Part shown: positions 26,089 to 34,786 of the stretch, piece after piece
Position numbering within the stretch: the first letter of the stretch is position 1
How the letters are laid out: each line of letters starts with the position of its first letter
From: an uncultured Kiloniellales bacterium
GTDB taxonomy: Bacteria > Pseudomonadota > Alphaproteobacteria > Kiloniellales > JAKSDN01
NCBI GenBank assembly: GCA_947258885.1
Contig: CAMYKD010000001.1
Span: 102-64,101 of the forward strand
DNA length: 64,000 bases
Direction of reading: 5' to 3'
Made by a program: the position numbers and the translations under genes
Notes under the pieces: model-generated
What the model was told of the DNA's origin: nothing
Seen by the model: the letters and a program-made list of their open reading frames with translations, nothing else
The model's database searches: none

Positions 26089-27810
26089 TTAGCGTACCCC
26101 CCCGGGCCGCGAGCGGGCGATGGCGCGGCTCAAGAGGATAAGCGGCAGGATGCCGACGGCGACGATGGCGAGGGAGGCGGTGGAGGCCTCGGTCAGCCGC
26201 TCGTCCGAGGCCAGGTTGTAGGCCTGGACCGCCAGGGTATCGAAGTTGAAGGGCCGCATCACCAGAGTCGCCGGCAACTCCTTCATGACGTCGACGAAGA
26301 CCACCAGGGCGGCGGTCAGCAGGCTGCCCCACATGAGCGGCGCGTGGACCTGGAACAGGGTGCCGCCGGGGCCCACGCCCAGGCTGCGCGCCGCGTCGTC
26401 CATGGTCGGCCGGACCTTGGCCAGACTGGCCTCGACGGTGTTGAGGGAAACCGCCAAGAAGCGGACCAGATACGCGAACACCAGGGCGGCGATCGATCCG
26501 GTCAGGATCAGGCCGCTCGAAATTCCAAAATGCGCGCGCAGCCAGGCATCCATGGCGTTGTCCAGCCGTGCGAAGGGAATCAGGACTCCGACCGCGATCA
26601 CCGTGCCCGGCACGGCATAGCCCATGCTCGCCATGCGGTTGGCCAGCGCCCCCCAGCGGTTGGGATTGAGTCGCTGGCCGTAGGCCATGACCACCGCCAG
26701 GAGGACGGCGAGCAGGGCGCTGATGCTGGCCAGGGTGAAGGAGTTCAGGGCCAGCTGGAAGAACCGCGCGCCGAACTGGGCATCGCCCGCCTCGAGCGAC
26801 ATCTTGAGCAGAATCAGCGCCGGCAGGAGGAAGCCCAGGGTCAGGGGCAGGAGGCAGGCCGTCACCGCCAGGCCCGCCTTGAGGCCGCTCAGCCGATAGC
26901 CCGGCAGACGCTGATAGCGGCTCGAGGTGTGATGGTACCTGGCGCGGCCGCGATTCCAGCGTTCGAGCACGAGCACTACTAGCACGAAACCGAGCAGAAT
27001 GGACGCGAGCTGGGCCGCCGCCACCCGGTCGCCGAACGAGATCCAAGCCCGGACGATGCCGGTCGTGAAGGTTTGCACGCCGAAGAAGGACACGGTGCCG
27101 TAATCGGCCAGGGTCTCCATGAGGGCCAGCGCCGTACCGGCGGCAATCGCCGGCCTGGCGAGCGGCAGGGCAACCCGGAAAAAGCTGCCCCAGGGGCTGC
27201 AGCCCAGCGTGCGGCTGACCTCGAGCGCACAGACCGACTGCTCGAGGAAAGCCGCGCGGGAGAGTAGATAGACGTAGGGGTAGAGCACCAGGATCAACAT
27301 CGCTATGGCGCCGCCGAGCGACCGGATCTCTGGAAACCAATAGCCGCGCGGCGCCCAGCCGGCAGCCTCGCGCAGCAGGCTTTGCACCGGGCCGGCGAAC
27401 TGCAGAAAGTCGGTATAGGTATAGGCCATGACGTAGGCCGGGACCGCGAGCGGAAGGATCAAAGCCCACTCGAAAAGATTGCGGCCTGGAAAACGGCACA
27501 TGGTTACCAGCCAGGCGCAGCCGGCGCCGATGACCGGAACCCCCAGGCCCACGCCGAGTGCCAGCAGGCAGGTGTTCAAGATGTACTGGGGCAGGACCGT
27601 TGCGACCAGGTGCTGCCAAGTGCCCGCGCTGGGCAGCGCCAGGTTGGCCAGGACGCTGAGCACCGGAATTGCGAAGAAGGCGGCAATCCCGACGGCCACC
27701 CAGGTCAATGCGCCCGGTCTGATCCCCCGCCGCGCGGGCCGGCGCGGCTGCCCGACGGTCTCGGGCGGCAGGGGCACCATGGGGGCCGGTGGTTGGACGG
27801 TTTGGCTCAT
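26089..27810 (-). CDS. iron(III) ABC transporter permease, duplicated MetI-like domains (FbpB family)
   Basis: 573 aa with ~12 TM segments and two EAA-loop-like regions (SRTLGCSPWGSFFRVALPLARP and ARSLGVGPGGTLFQVHAPLM). Confidence 0.85.
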   Translation of the reverse strand: MSQTVQPPAPMVPLPPETVGQPRRPARRGIRPGALTWVAVGIAAFFAIPVLSVLANLALPSAGTWQHLVATVLPQYILNTCLLALGVGLGVPVIGAGCAWLVTMCRFPGRNLFEWALILPLAVPAYVMAYTYTDFLQFAGPVQSLLREAAGWAPRGYWFPEIRSLGGAIAMLILVLYPYVYLLSRAAFLEQSVCALEVSRTLGCSPWGSFFRVALPLARPAIAAGTALALMETLADYGTVSFFGVQTFTTGIVRAWISFGDRVAAAQLASILLGFVLVVLVLERWNRGRARYHHTSSRYQRLPGYRLSGLKAGLAVTACLLPLTLGFLLPALILLKMSLEAGDAQFGARFFQLALNSFTLASISALLAVLLAVVMAYGQRLNPNRWGALANRMASMGYAVPGTVIAVGVLIPFARLDNAMDAWLRAHFGISSGLILTGSIAALVFAYLVRFLAVSLNTVEASLAKVRPTMDDAARSLGVGPGGTLFQVHAPLMWGSLLTAALVVFVDVMKELPATLVMRPFNFDTLAVQAYNLASDERLTEASTASLAIVAVGILPLILLSRAIARSRPGGVR

Positions 27811-28007
27811 CGGTCTGTGCCGTGGGGCTCGATCTTCATATGATGCGGCGCGCCTTAGGGGGACTCTATCGAGCGCGCCCCGGGTGCGCGGCCATCCGAT
27901 CTAGCGCAAACGACACGTGATCTCAACTCCAGGCCTTTCGCCGCAGACGATATCGGCCAGTATATCTAGGCTAAAAATATCATTACTCTGCGTAGGATAG
28001 GCTAAGA

Positions 28008-28022
28008 GTAACGCCTTATTAA
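28008..28022. promoter_or_regulatory. near-consensus CtrA box GTAA-N7-TTAA upstream of cheA
   Basis: Read in the AT-rich stretch ~100 nt upstream of ATG 28120. One mismatch to TTAA-N7-TTAA. Confidence 0.35.
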
Positions 28023-28119
28023 ATTGTTTTTGTCACTGTCCGAAGGGATTGAGGTTTGGTTAACCCGCCTTCCGCCCAGGACATTGCTCACGTCCGTCGC
28101 CGGACAGGGAACGCATTCC

Positions 28120-30837
28120 ATGGATGATCTGTTAAACGAATTCCTGACCGAAACCAACGAGAGCCTCGCGGTTCTGGACGTGGAGTTGGTCAAGCTCGAA
28201 CAGAATCCGAACGATCCGGACCTCCTCAGCAATATCTTCCGCTTGATGCATACCATCAAGGGTACCTGCGGATTTCTCGGCCTGCCGCGTCTCGAAGCGG
28301 TCGCCCATGCCGGCGAGAACGTCCTGGGCAAGGTGCGCGACGGCGAGCTCGAGGTCACGCCGGTGGCCGTGTCCTTGATCCTGGAGTGCCTCGACCAGAT
28401 CCGGATGATCCTGATGGTGCTCGAGGAAAGCGAGTCCGAGCCGGAAGGCGACGACAGCGGTCTGATCGGCCGCCTCAACGCCCTGGCCAGCGGCGACGAT
28501 CCCAAACCGCAAGAAGCCGAGGTTGCCGCCGTCGAGCAGCTCGCGGGCGCGGCCGAGGACGCGGCCACGGACAGTGCGGTCGCGGAGCCCTCGGCCGCCG
28601 AGGAGGACGCCCAGGCGGCATCGAGCGACGAGGGAGACGCCGTCCAGGAAGCGCCCGCCGAGACCCCCGCCGCCGCGCCGGAGCCCGCGGCCCCCAAGCC
28701 CAAGGCCCAACCGCAGCCGGCGAAACCGGCCTCGGCCGAGGACGGGGCGCCGAAGGAGTCGGCCGTGGCCCATCAATCGATCCGGGTTCATGTCGACCTG
28801 CTCGAGAACCTGATGACCATGGTCTCGGAGCTGGTGCTGACGCGCAACCAGTGTCTGCAGATCCTCCGGACCCAGAAGGAAAGCGATTTTCAGGCGCCTC
28901 TGCAGCGGCTCAATCACGTTGTCTCCGAGCTGCAGGAAGGGGTCATGAAGACCCGCATGCAGCCGATCGGCAACGCCTGGGCCAAGTTGCCGCGCATCAT
29001 TCGCGACCTGTCGCACGAACTGGGTAAGAAGATGAACCTGGTGATGAAGGGCGCCGATACGGAACTCGATCGCCAGGTCCTGGAGTTGATCAAGGACCCG
29101 CTCACCCACATGGTGCGCAATTCGGCGGATCATGGCCTGGAGATGCCGGACGAGCGCGTCGCCGCGGGCAAGTCGGAAACCGGGACCGTCTTGCTCAATG
29201 CCTTCCATGAAGGCGGCCACATCATCATCGAGATCACCGACGACGGCCGCGGTCTCGCGATGGACAAGATCAAGCAGAAGGTGATCAGGGACGGGCTCGC
29301 CACCGAGAGCGAGCTGGAGTCCATGAGCGACAAGCAGATCATGCGCTACATCTTCAAGGCCGGCGTCTCGACCGCCAAACAGGTCACGGCGGTGTCGGGC
29401 CGCGGTGTCGGCATGGACGTGGTCCGGAACAACATCGAGAAGATCGGTGGCACCATCGATCTGTCCTCGGTCGAAGGCCGCGGCACCAAGTGTCTGATCA
29501 AGATCCCCTTGACCCTGGCGATCGTCTCGGCCCTGGTCGTCGAGTGCGGCGGCGAGCGCTTCGCCATCCCGCAGCTCTCGGTGGTCGAACTCGTGCGCGC
29601 CTCGTCGAACTCCGAGCACACGATCGAACGGATCAACGGCACGCCGGTCCTGCGCCTGCGCAACCGGCTGTTGCCGCTGGTCAACCTGCGCGAACTCCTG
29701 AACCTGGAGATTGTCGAGCGGGACCAAGTCGGCGTCGAGACCGGGCAGAGCGTCCACGGCTTCATCGTGGTCGCCCAGGTCGGGGCCTACAGTTTCGGCA
29801 TCATCGTGGACCGGGTCTTCGATACCGAGGAAATCGTGGTCAAGCCGGTGGCGCCGATCCTGCGCGACATAGCGCTCTTCTCGGGCAACACCATTCTGGG
29901 CGACGGCAGCGTTGTCATGATCCTGGACCCGAACGGCATCGCCGCCGCGACCGGCGAGATCACCGTTGCCGAGGACAGTCTGCAAGCCGAAGCGGAGCGC
30001 AGGAGCAGCCAGGGTCGAACCAAGATGGCCATGCTCGTGTTCCGGGCCAGTGGCGACACGCCGAAGGCCGTACCGCTTTCCCTGGTGGCGCGCCTGGAAG
30101 AGATCGACCTCGCCAAGGTCGAGCGGTCCAACAGCCAGCACGTGGTCCAGTACCGTGGCCAACTCATGCCGCTCGTGCAAATGGGCGAGGGGGTCGAGCT
30201 GGCTACGGAGGGCCGTCAGCCGGTCCTGGTTTTCGCCGACGGCGGGCGCTCCATGGGCCTCGTGGTCCGGGAAATCGTCGACATCGTCGAGGACCGAATG
30301 GACGTCGAGCTGACGAGCAACCGAACCGGATTTCTGGGCAGCGCGATCGTCGGCGGGCAAGCGACCGACATCATCGATGCCGGCTATTACCTGACCAAGG
30401 CGTTCCAGGACTGGTTCGGCGGCGACCGCACGCAGCAGGCCGCGGGGCTGCCGGGCGGACGCCGGATCCTACTGATCGACGACAGCCCGTTCTTCCGGAA
30501 CCTCCTGGCGCCGCTCCTCACCGTGGCCGGCTATGAGGTGACTGCCGTGGAGGGCGCCGACCAGGCCCTGGAGCTCTGCGAGGCGGGGATGGACTACGAC
30601 GTGATTGTTTCGGACATCGAGATGCCCGACATGGACGGATTCGATTTCGCCCAGGAGATCAAGGCCAACTCCCGCTGGAGCCAGACGCCGCTCTTGGCAC
30701 TGTCGTCCCACACCAGCCCGCAGGATCTGGCCCGCGGCCGTTCGGCCGGCTTCGACGACTATGTCGCCAAGGCTGACCGGGACGCCCTGCTCGACGCGCT
30801 CCAAGAGACCCTTTCCCATGTGCGAGGTGCCGCATGA
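28120..30837 (+). CDS. cheA: chemotaxis histidine kinase CheA with C-terminal receiver domain (CheA-REC hybrid)
   Basis: Hpt motif FRLMHTIKGTCGFLGL, acidic linker, HATPase (HMVRNSADHG...DDGRGL...GRGVGMDVV), CheW-like domain, REC (RILLIDDSPFFRN...VSDIEMPDMDGF...YVAKADR). Confidence 0.95.
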   Translation: MDDLLNEFLTETNESLAVLDVELVKLEQNPNDPDLLSNIFRLMHTIKGTCGFLGLPRLEAVAHAGENVLGKVRDGELEVTPVAVSLILECLDQIRMILMVLEESESEPEGDDSGLIGRLNALASGDDPKPQEAEVAAVEQLAGAAEDAATDSAVAEPSAAEEDAQAASSDEGDAVQEAPAETPAAAPEPAAPKPKAQPQPAKPASAEDGAPKESAVAHQSIRVHVDLLENLMTMVSELVLTRNQCLQILRTQKESDFQAPLQRLNHVVSELQEGVMKTRMQPIGNAWAKLPRIIRDLSHELGKKMNLVMKGADTELDRQVLELIKDPLTHMVRNSADHGLEMPDERVAAGKSETGTVLLNAFHEGGHIIIEITDDGRGLAMDKIKQKVIRDGLATESELESMSDKQIMRYIFKAGVSTAKQVTAVSGRGVGMDVVRNNIEKIGGTIDLSSVEGRGTKCLIKIPLTLAIVSALVVECGGERFAIPQLSVVELVRASSNSEHTIERINGTPVLRLRNRLLPLVNLRELLNLEIVERDQVGVETGQSVHGFIVVAQVGAYSFGIIVDRVFDTEEIVVKPVAPILRDIALFSGNTILGDGSVVMILDPNGIAAATGEITVAEDSLQAEAERRSSQGRTKMAMLVFRASGDTPKAVPLSLVARLEEIDLAKVERSNSQHVVQYRGQLMPLVQMGEGVELATEGRQPVLVFADGGRSMGLVVREIVDIVEDRMDVELTSNRTGFLGSAIVGGQATDIIDAGYYLTKAFQDWFGGDRTQQAAGLPGGRRILLIDDSPFFRNLLAPLLTVAGYEVTAVEGADQALELCEAGMDYDVIVSDIEMPDMDGFDFAQEIKANSRWSQTPLLALSSHTSPQDLARGRSAGFDDYVAKADRDALLDALQETLSHVRGAA

Positions 30838-31325
30838 ACGCGTCGACCGAGATTTCCGGGCAGGCCAGTGGCGTCGACGGCTATGCGGAAACACAGGACT
30901 TCGTGACCTTCGTGATCGCCAATCAACTGTTCGGCATTTCGGTGTTGCAGGTCCAGGACGTCCTCGCCGCCCACCGGATTACCCGCATCCCCTTGGCGCC
31001 CCCTGAGATCGCCGGTTCGCTCAATCTGCGCGGACGGGTCGTGACGGTGATCGACGTGAGGCGACGCCTCGGTCTGAACCGGCGCGAGGCTGGGGGCAGT
31101 GTGATGAGCATCGTCGTGGAGCACGGTCAGGATCTCTACAGTCTCATGGTCGACTCGGTGGGCGAGGTGCTGGCGCTGGCCACGTCGGATTTCGACAGCA
31201 ATCCACCAACCTTGGATCCGCAGTTCCGCGAGTACTCTGCTGGTATTTACCGCCTCGACGCCAAGCTGCTGGTCGTTCTCGATGTCGACAGATTGCTGGA
31301 TTACGGCCGTTCGGCCGTGGCTTGA
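30834..31325 (+). CDS. cheW: chemotaxis coupling protein CheW
   Basis: FVTFVIANQLFGISVLQVQDVL...LNLRGRVVTVIDVRRRLGL. ATGA overlap with the cheA stop. Confidence 0.93.
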   Translation: MNASTEISGQASGVDGYAETQDFVTFVIANQLFGISVLQVQDVLAAHRITRIPLAPPEIAGSLNLRGRVVTVIDVRRRLGLNRREAGGSVMSIVVEHGQDLYSLMVDSVGEVLALATSDFDSNPPTLDPQFREYSAGIYRLDAKLLVVLDVDRLLDYGRSAVA

Positions 31326-31397
31326 GGTGTTTCTTGTCATGAACCCGACTCGGCCGTCGGCCGAAACGTTGAGCACGGATGGATCTGAGGTGCCCCG

Positions 31398-31763
31398 ATG
31401 AAGTCCTGTCTGGTCGTTGACGACTCGAAAGTCGTTCGGATGGTTGCAAGGAAGATCTTGGAAGGTCTCGACTTCCAGATCGAAGAGGCCGAAGACGGTC
31501 AGAAGGCGTTGGAAGCCTGCCAAAAAAGCATGCCGGACGCGGTTCTGCTCGATTGGAACATGCCTGTGAAGAACGGCATCGAGTTCCTGAAGGATCTGCG
31601 CGTGATGGCCGGCGGCGACAAACCCATCGTCGTATTCTGCACGACCGAGAACGACATGGCGCACATCCAGGAAGCTATCGGCGCCGGCGCCAACGAATAC
31701 ATCATGAAGCCGTTCGATAGCGAAATCATACAGTCCAAGTTCTCGCAGGTCGGCCTTATTTGA
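31398..31763 (+). CDS. cheY: chemotaxis response regulator CheY
   Basis: Single REC domain of 121 aa, with VVDDSKVVR...LLDWNMPVKNG...YIMKPF. Confidence 0.93.
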   Translation: MKSCLVVDDSKVVRMVARKILEGLDFQIEEAEDGQKALEACQKSMPDAVLLDWNMPVKNGIEFLKDLRVMAGGDKPIVVFCTTENDMAHIQEAIGAGANEYIMKPFDSEIIQSKFSQVGLI

Positions 31764-31795
31764 CCTCCGTCTCTCGTTGGGGGAAAGGAGCCTAG

Positions 31796-32914
31796 ATGGC
31801 GCCAGGAGCACCATACAGGGTGATGGTCGTAGATGACTCGGCGGTCATCCGTGGACTGTTGACGCGCTTGTTGGAGTCGGATCCGTCGATCGCCGTGGCC
31901 GCGTCGGTTCCCAACGGCGAACTCGCCCTCAAGACCCTGGCGCGCGAGGACTTCGACGCCGTCATCCTCGACATCGAGATGCCGGTCATGGACGGCATGA
32001 CGGCTTTGCCGCGGATGATTGAGCTCAAGCCGGACACCCGGGTCATCATGGCCTCGACCCTGACCCGCAAGAACGCGGAGATCAGCCTGCGGGCCTTGGC
32101 GGCCGGCGCGGCCGACTATGTCACGAAGCCCAGCTCGACCGGGGGGCTCAGTTCGACCGGCGAATTCAAGCGCGAGCTCACCGAGAAGATCAAGGCGCTT
32201 TGCTCGGCCAAACGCCAAGGCAGCGCCGGCGGCTCCGGACGGCCGCCGGCCGCCGGCTTGGCCAGGGTCCCGGCGGCCCCTGTGCGCGCCGCCGCGGCGC
32301 GGGAGATAAAGCTTCGTCCGGCGCCGATCTTGCCGCCTCACGCGATCGCCATTGCCAGCTCCACCGGCGGCCCTCCGGCCTTGCTGGAGTTCTTCGGCAG
32401 TCTGCCTGACGGCATCAAGCAGCCGATCCTGATCACTCAGCACATGCCGGCCACCTTCACCGCGTTGCTAGCCGAACACATCGGCCGGGTCTCGAAGATG
32501 CCGTGCCGGGAAGGCCGGAACGGCGAACCGGTGACGGGCGGTACGGTTTATGTGGCGCCTGGCGGCTATCACATGGAGGTCGTGCGCGACGGCGACCGGA
32601 ACGTAATACGCCTGACCGAGGATCCGCCGGAAAACTACTGCCGGCCGTCCGCCGACCCGATGTTCCGGAGTCTCTCCAAGGTTTTTGGCCCCAGGTTGCT
32701 GGCGGTCGTGCTCACGGGGATGGGAACCGACGGCCGGCTCGGCGCCGAAACGATCACCGAGGCGGGCGGCACCGTGATCGCCCAAGACGAAGGGACCAGT
32801 GTCGTCTGGGGCATGCCGGGCGCCGTCGCAACGGCGGGTCTTTGCTCCGCCGTGTTGCCGCTCGGCGAAATCACGCCCTACGTTCGCAAGCTCGTGATGA
32901 GGTCGGCGGCATGA
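31796..32914 (+). CDS. cheB: protein-glutamate methylesterase/deamidase CheB
   Basis: REC domain plus a CheB methylesterase domain (IAIASSTGGPPAL...ITQHMP...LTGMGTDG). Confidence 0.95.
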   Translation: MAPGAPYRVMVVDDSAVIRGLLTRLLESDPSIAVAASVPNGELALKTLAREDFDAVILDIEMPVMDGMTALPRMIELKPDTRVIMASTLTRKNAEISLRALAAGAADYVTKPSSTGGLSSTGEFKRELTEKIKALCSAKRQGSAGGSGRPPAAGLARVPAAPVRAAAAREIKLRPAPILPPHAIAIASSTGGPPALLEFFGSLPDGIKQPILITQHMPATFTALLAEHIGRVSKMPCREGRNGEPVTGGTVYVAPGGYHMEVVRDGDRNVIRLTEDPPENYCRPSADPMFRSLSKVFGPRLLAVVLTGMGTDGRLGAETITEAGGTVIAQDEGTSVVWGMPGAVATAGLCSAVLPLGEITPYVRKLVMRSAA

Positions 32915-33756
32915 ATGTCAACGACTTCGAGATGATCGCCCGCTTGCTCAAGGAACGCTCGGGCCTCCTGCTCGGCCAGGACAAGGCCTATCTGCTGGAA
33001 AGCCGTCTCAACCCCGTCGCCCGGCAGTACAATTTCAAGGGCTTCGACGAACTCGCGCAGGCCATTCGCCTCGGCAAGGATGAGAATCTGCTGGCAGACG
33101 TCACCGAGGCGATGACGACCAACGAGTCGTTCTTCTTTCGCGACAGCAAACCGTTCGACCAGTTCCGCGATCTGGTTCTTCCGCACTTGCTCGAACATCG
33201 AGGGAGCCGAAAATCGATCAAGGTGTGGTGTGCCGCCTGCTCGAGCGGCCAGGAACCCTACTCGCTGGCCATGATCCTCAAGGAGAACGAGGCCCGGCTG
33301 GCCGGCTGGAAGATAGAGATCCTCGCCACCGATATCTCGCGGGAGATGCTGGTCAAGGGCAAGGAGGGCAGATATTCGCAGTTCGAGGTCCAGCGCGGGC
33401 TGCCGATCAATTTGATGGTCAAGTATTTCAAGCAGGATGGCGACCGCTGGCAAATCGAAGATGCGATCCGAAGGATGGTGACGTTCAAGCCCTTCAACCT
33501 GCTGGACGACCCCTCGGCGATCGGCCGGTGCGACGTCGTATTCTGCCGCAATGTGTTGATTTATCTCGATCAAACTACGAAGGCCAAGGTTCTGGCGCGA
33601 ATTGCCAAACTCATGCCGCCCGACGGATTCCTCTATCTCGGCGGTGCCGAGACCGTGTTGGGCATTTCCGACGACTTCAAGCTCATCCCCGGGCACCGCG
33701 GCGTTTACGGCCTGGCCGGGGATGTGGGTGATGCCATGGCGACTGCGGTCGGCTAG
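32911..33756 (+). CDS. cheR: chemotaxis protein methyltransferase CheR
   Basis: TTNESFFFRDSKPFDQF...KVWCAACSSGQEPYSLAM...VFCRNVLIYLD. ATGA overlap with the cheB stop. Confidence 0.95.
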   Translation: MNVNDFEMIARLLKERSGLLLGQDKAYLLESRLNPVARQYNFKGFDELAQAIRLGKDENLLADVTEAMTTNESFFFRDSKPFDQFRDLVLPHLLEHRGSRKSIKVWCAACSSGQEPYSLAMILKENEARLAGWKIEILATDISREMLVKGKEGRYSQFEVQRGLPINLMVKYFKQDGDRWQIEDAIRRMVTFKPFNLLDDPSAIGRCDVVFCRNVLIYLDQTTKAKVLARIAKLMPPDGFLYLGGAETVLGISDDFKLIPGHRGVYGLAGDVGDAMATAVG

Positions 33757-33810
33757 GTGTACCAAAGCTATTGATTTGCCTGCCGCGGGCTCGCAGCGGT
33801 CGCCGGACAC

Positions 33811-33844
33811 CAAAACAAATCCGGCGCGCCAGGGGCGTGCCGGA
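33811..33844 (-). terminator. rho-independent terminator downstream of ctrA
   Basis: On the minus strand, TCCGGCACGCC-cct-GGCGCGCCGGA (one mismatch) is followed by ATTTGTTTTG. Confidence 0.55.
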
Positions 33845-33885
33845 CCGTTCCCCCGGATCTGAGCCGGGCAACCAGCGGCGCAGCC

Positions 33886-34611
33886 TCAGGCGCTGGCTGC
33901 CTGCTTGGTGTCCAGGTCCGGGTCGTCGGCCCGCTTGACCGGGTCGCGCAGCACATAGCCGCGGCCCCAGACGGTCTCGATGTAGTTGTCGCCGCCGGTG
34001 GCCGATGCCAGCTTCTTGCGCAGCTTGCAGACGAAGACGTCTATGATCTTGAGCTCGGGCTCGTCCATGCCGCCGTAGAGGTGGTTCAGGAACATTTCTT
34101 TGGTCAGGGTCGTGCCCTTGCGCAGCGAGAGCAGCTCCAGAATACCGTATTCCTTGCCGGTCAGGTGCAGGGGCTGGCCGCCGACCTCGACGGTCCGCGT
34201 ATCCAGGTTCACCGTCAGCTTGCCGGTCTCGATGACCGAGTCCGAATGGCCCTTCGAACGGCGCACGATGGCCTGGATGCGCGCGATCAGTTCGCGCTTG
34301 TCGAAGGGCTTGGTCAGGTAGTCGTCGGCACCGACGCCCAGACCCTTGATTTTGTCGTCCAGGCCGGAAAGACCCGACAGAATCAAGATCGGGGTCTGGA
34401 CCCGTGCGGCGCGCAATCGGCGCAGCACCTCATAGCCGTCGATGTCCGGCAGCATCAAATCCAGTATGATGATGTCGTAGTCGTAGAGCTTGCCGATCTC
34501 TAGGCCGTCCTCGCCCATATCCGTGGTGTCACAGACGTAACTCTCTGACCGCAGCATCATTTCGATGCTCTGAGCGGTCGCGGAGTCGTCTTCGACAAGG
34601 AGCACGCGCAT
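33886..34611 (-). CDS. ctrA: cell-cycle/motility master response regulator CtrA (OmpR family)
   Basis: MRVLLVEDD...[21 protein letters not shown]...TKPF plus a winged helix with [52 protein letters not shown], which is highly CtrA-specific. Confidence 0.93.
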   Translation of the reverse strand: MRVLLVEDDSATAQSIEMMLRSESYVCDTTDMGEDGLEIGKLYDYDIIILDLMLPDIDGYEVLRRLRAARVQTPILILSGLSGLDDKIKGLGVGADDYLTKPFDKRELIARIQAIVRRSKGHSDSVIETGKLTVNLDTRTVEVGGQPLHLTGKEYGILELLSLRKGTTLTKEMFLNHLYGGMDEPELKIIDVFVCKLRKKLASATGGDNYIETVWGRGYVLRDPVKRADDPDLDTKQAASA

Positions 34612-34678
34612 CGTTTAACCCCCGATCTAAGGCCTCTGTCGCAAAATCGTTCTCGTTAACCATTTTGCGCGCTTGTTA

Positions 34679-34693
34679 TTAACAAATGCTTAC
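34679..34693. promoter_or_regulatory. CtrA box TTAA-N7-TTAC (ctrA/fliI divergent region, site 1)
   Basis: TTAACAAATGCTTAC read directly. Confidence 0.5.
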
Positions 34694-34711
34694 TGGAAAT
34701 GCCAAGTGTGT

Positions 34712-34726
34712 TTAATCAGGCTTTAC
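34712..34726. promoter_or_regulatory. CtrA box TTAA-N7-TTAC (ctrA/fliI divergent region, site 2)
   Basis: TTAATCAGGCTTTAC, 33 bp (about three helical turns) from site 1. Confidence 0.5.
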
Positions 34727-34786
34727 CTATCCTTAAACCGGCCAGCCCATACTGCGTCTCGGTCGGAAGGGGCTGTTATTGCCACG

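Noticed and set aside
25043-27619. 858-aa minus-strand ORF spanning fbpA antisense and an alternative frame of the permease
   Set aside because: It crosses the convergent intergenic hairpin, has Arg/Pro/Gly-dominated composition, and conflicts with two well-supported genes.
28132-30360. 742-aa ORF antisense to cheA. Similar long antisense or alternative frames occur at 5554..6984, 16395..17858, 40135..42177, 44911..46905, 47083..48426, 55176..57248, 58374..59774, 59780..60913, 60862..62064 and 61818..62930.
   Set aside because: All lie opposite or out of frame with confidently identified genes. They show the biased composition expected of non-coding frames in 65% GC DNA.
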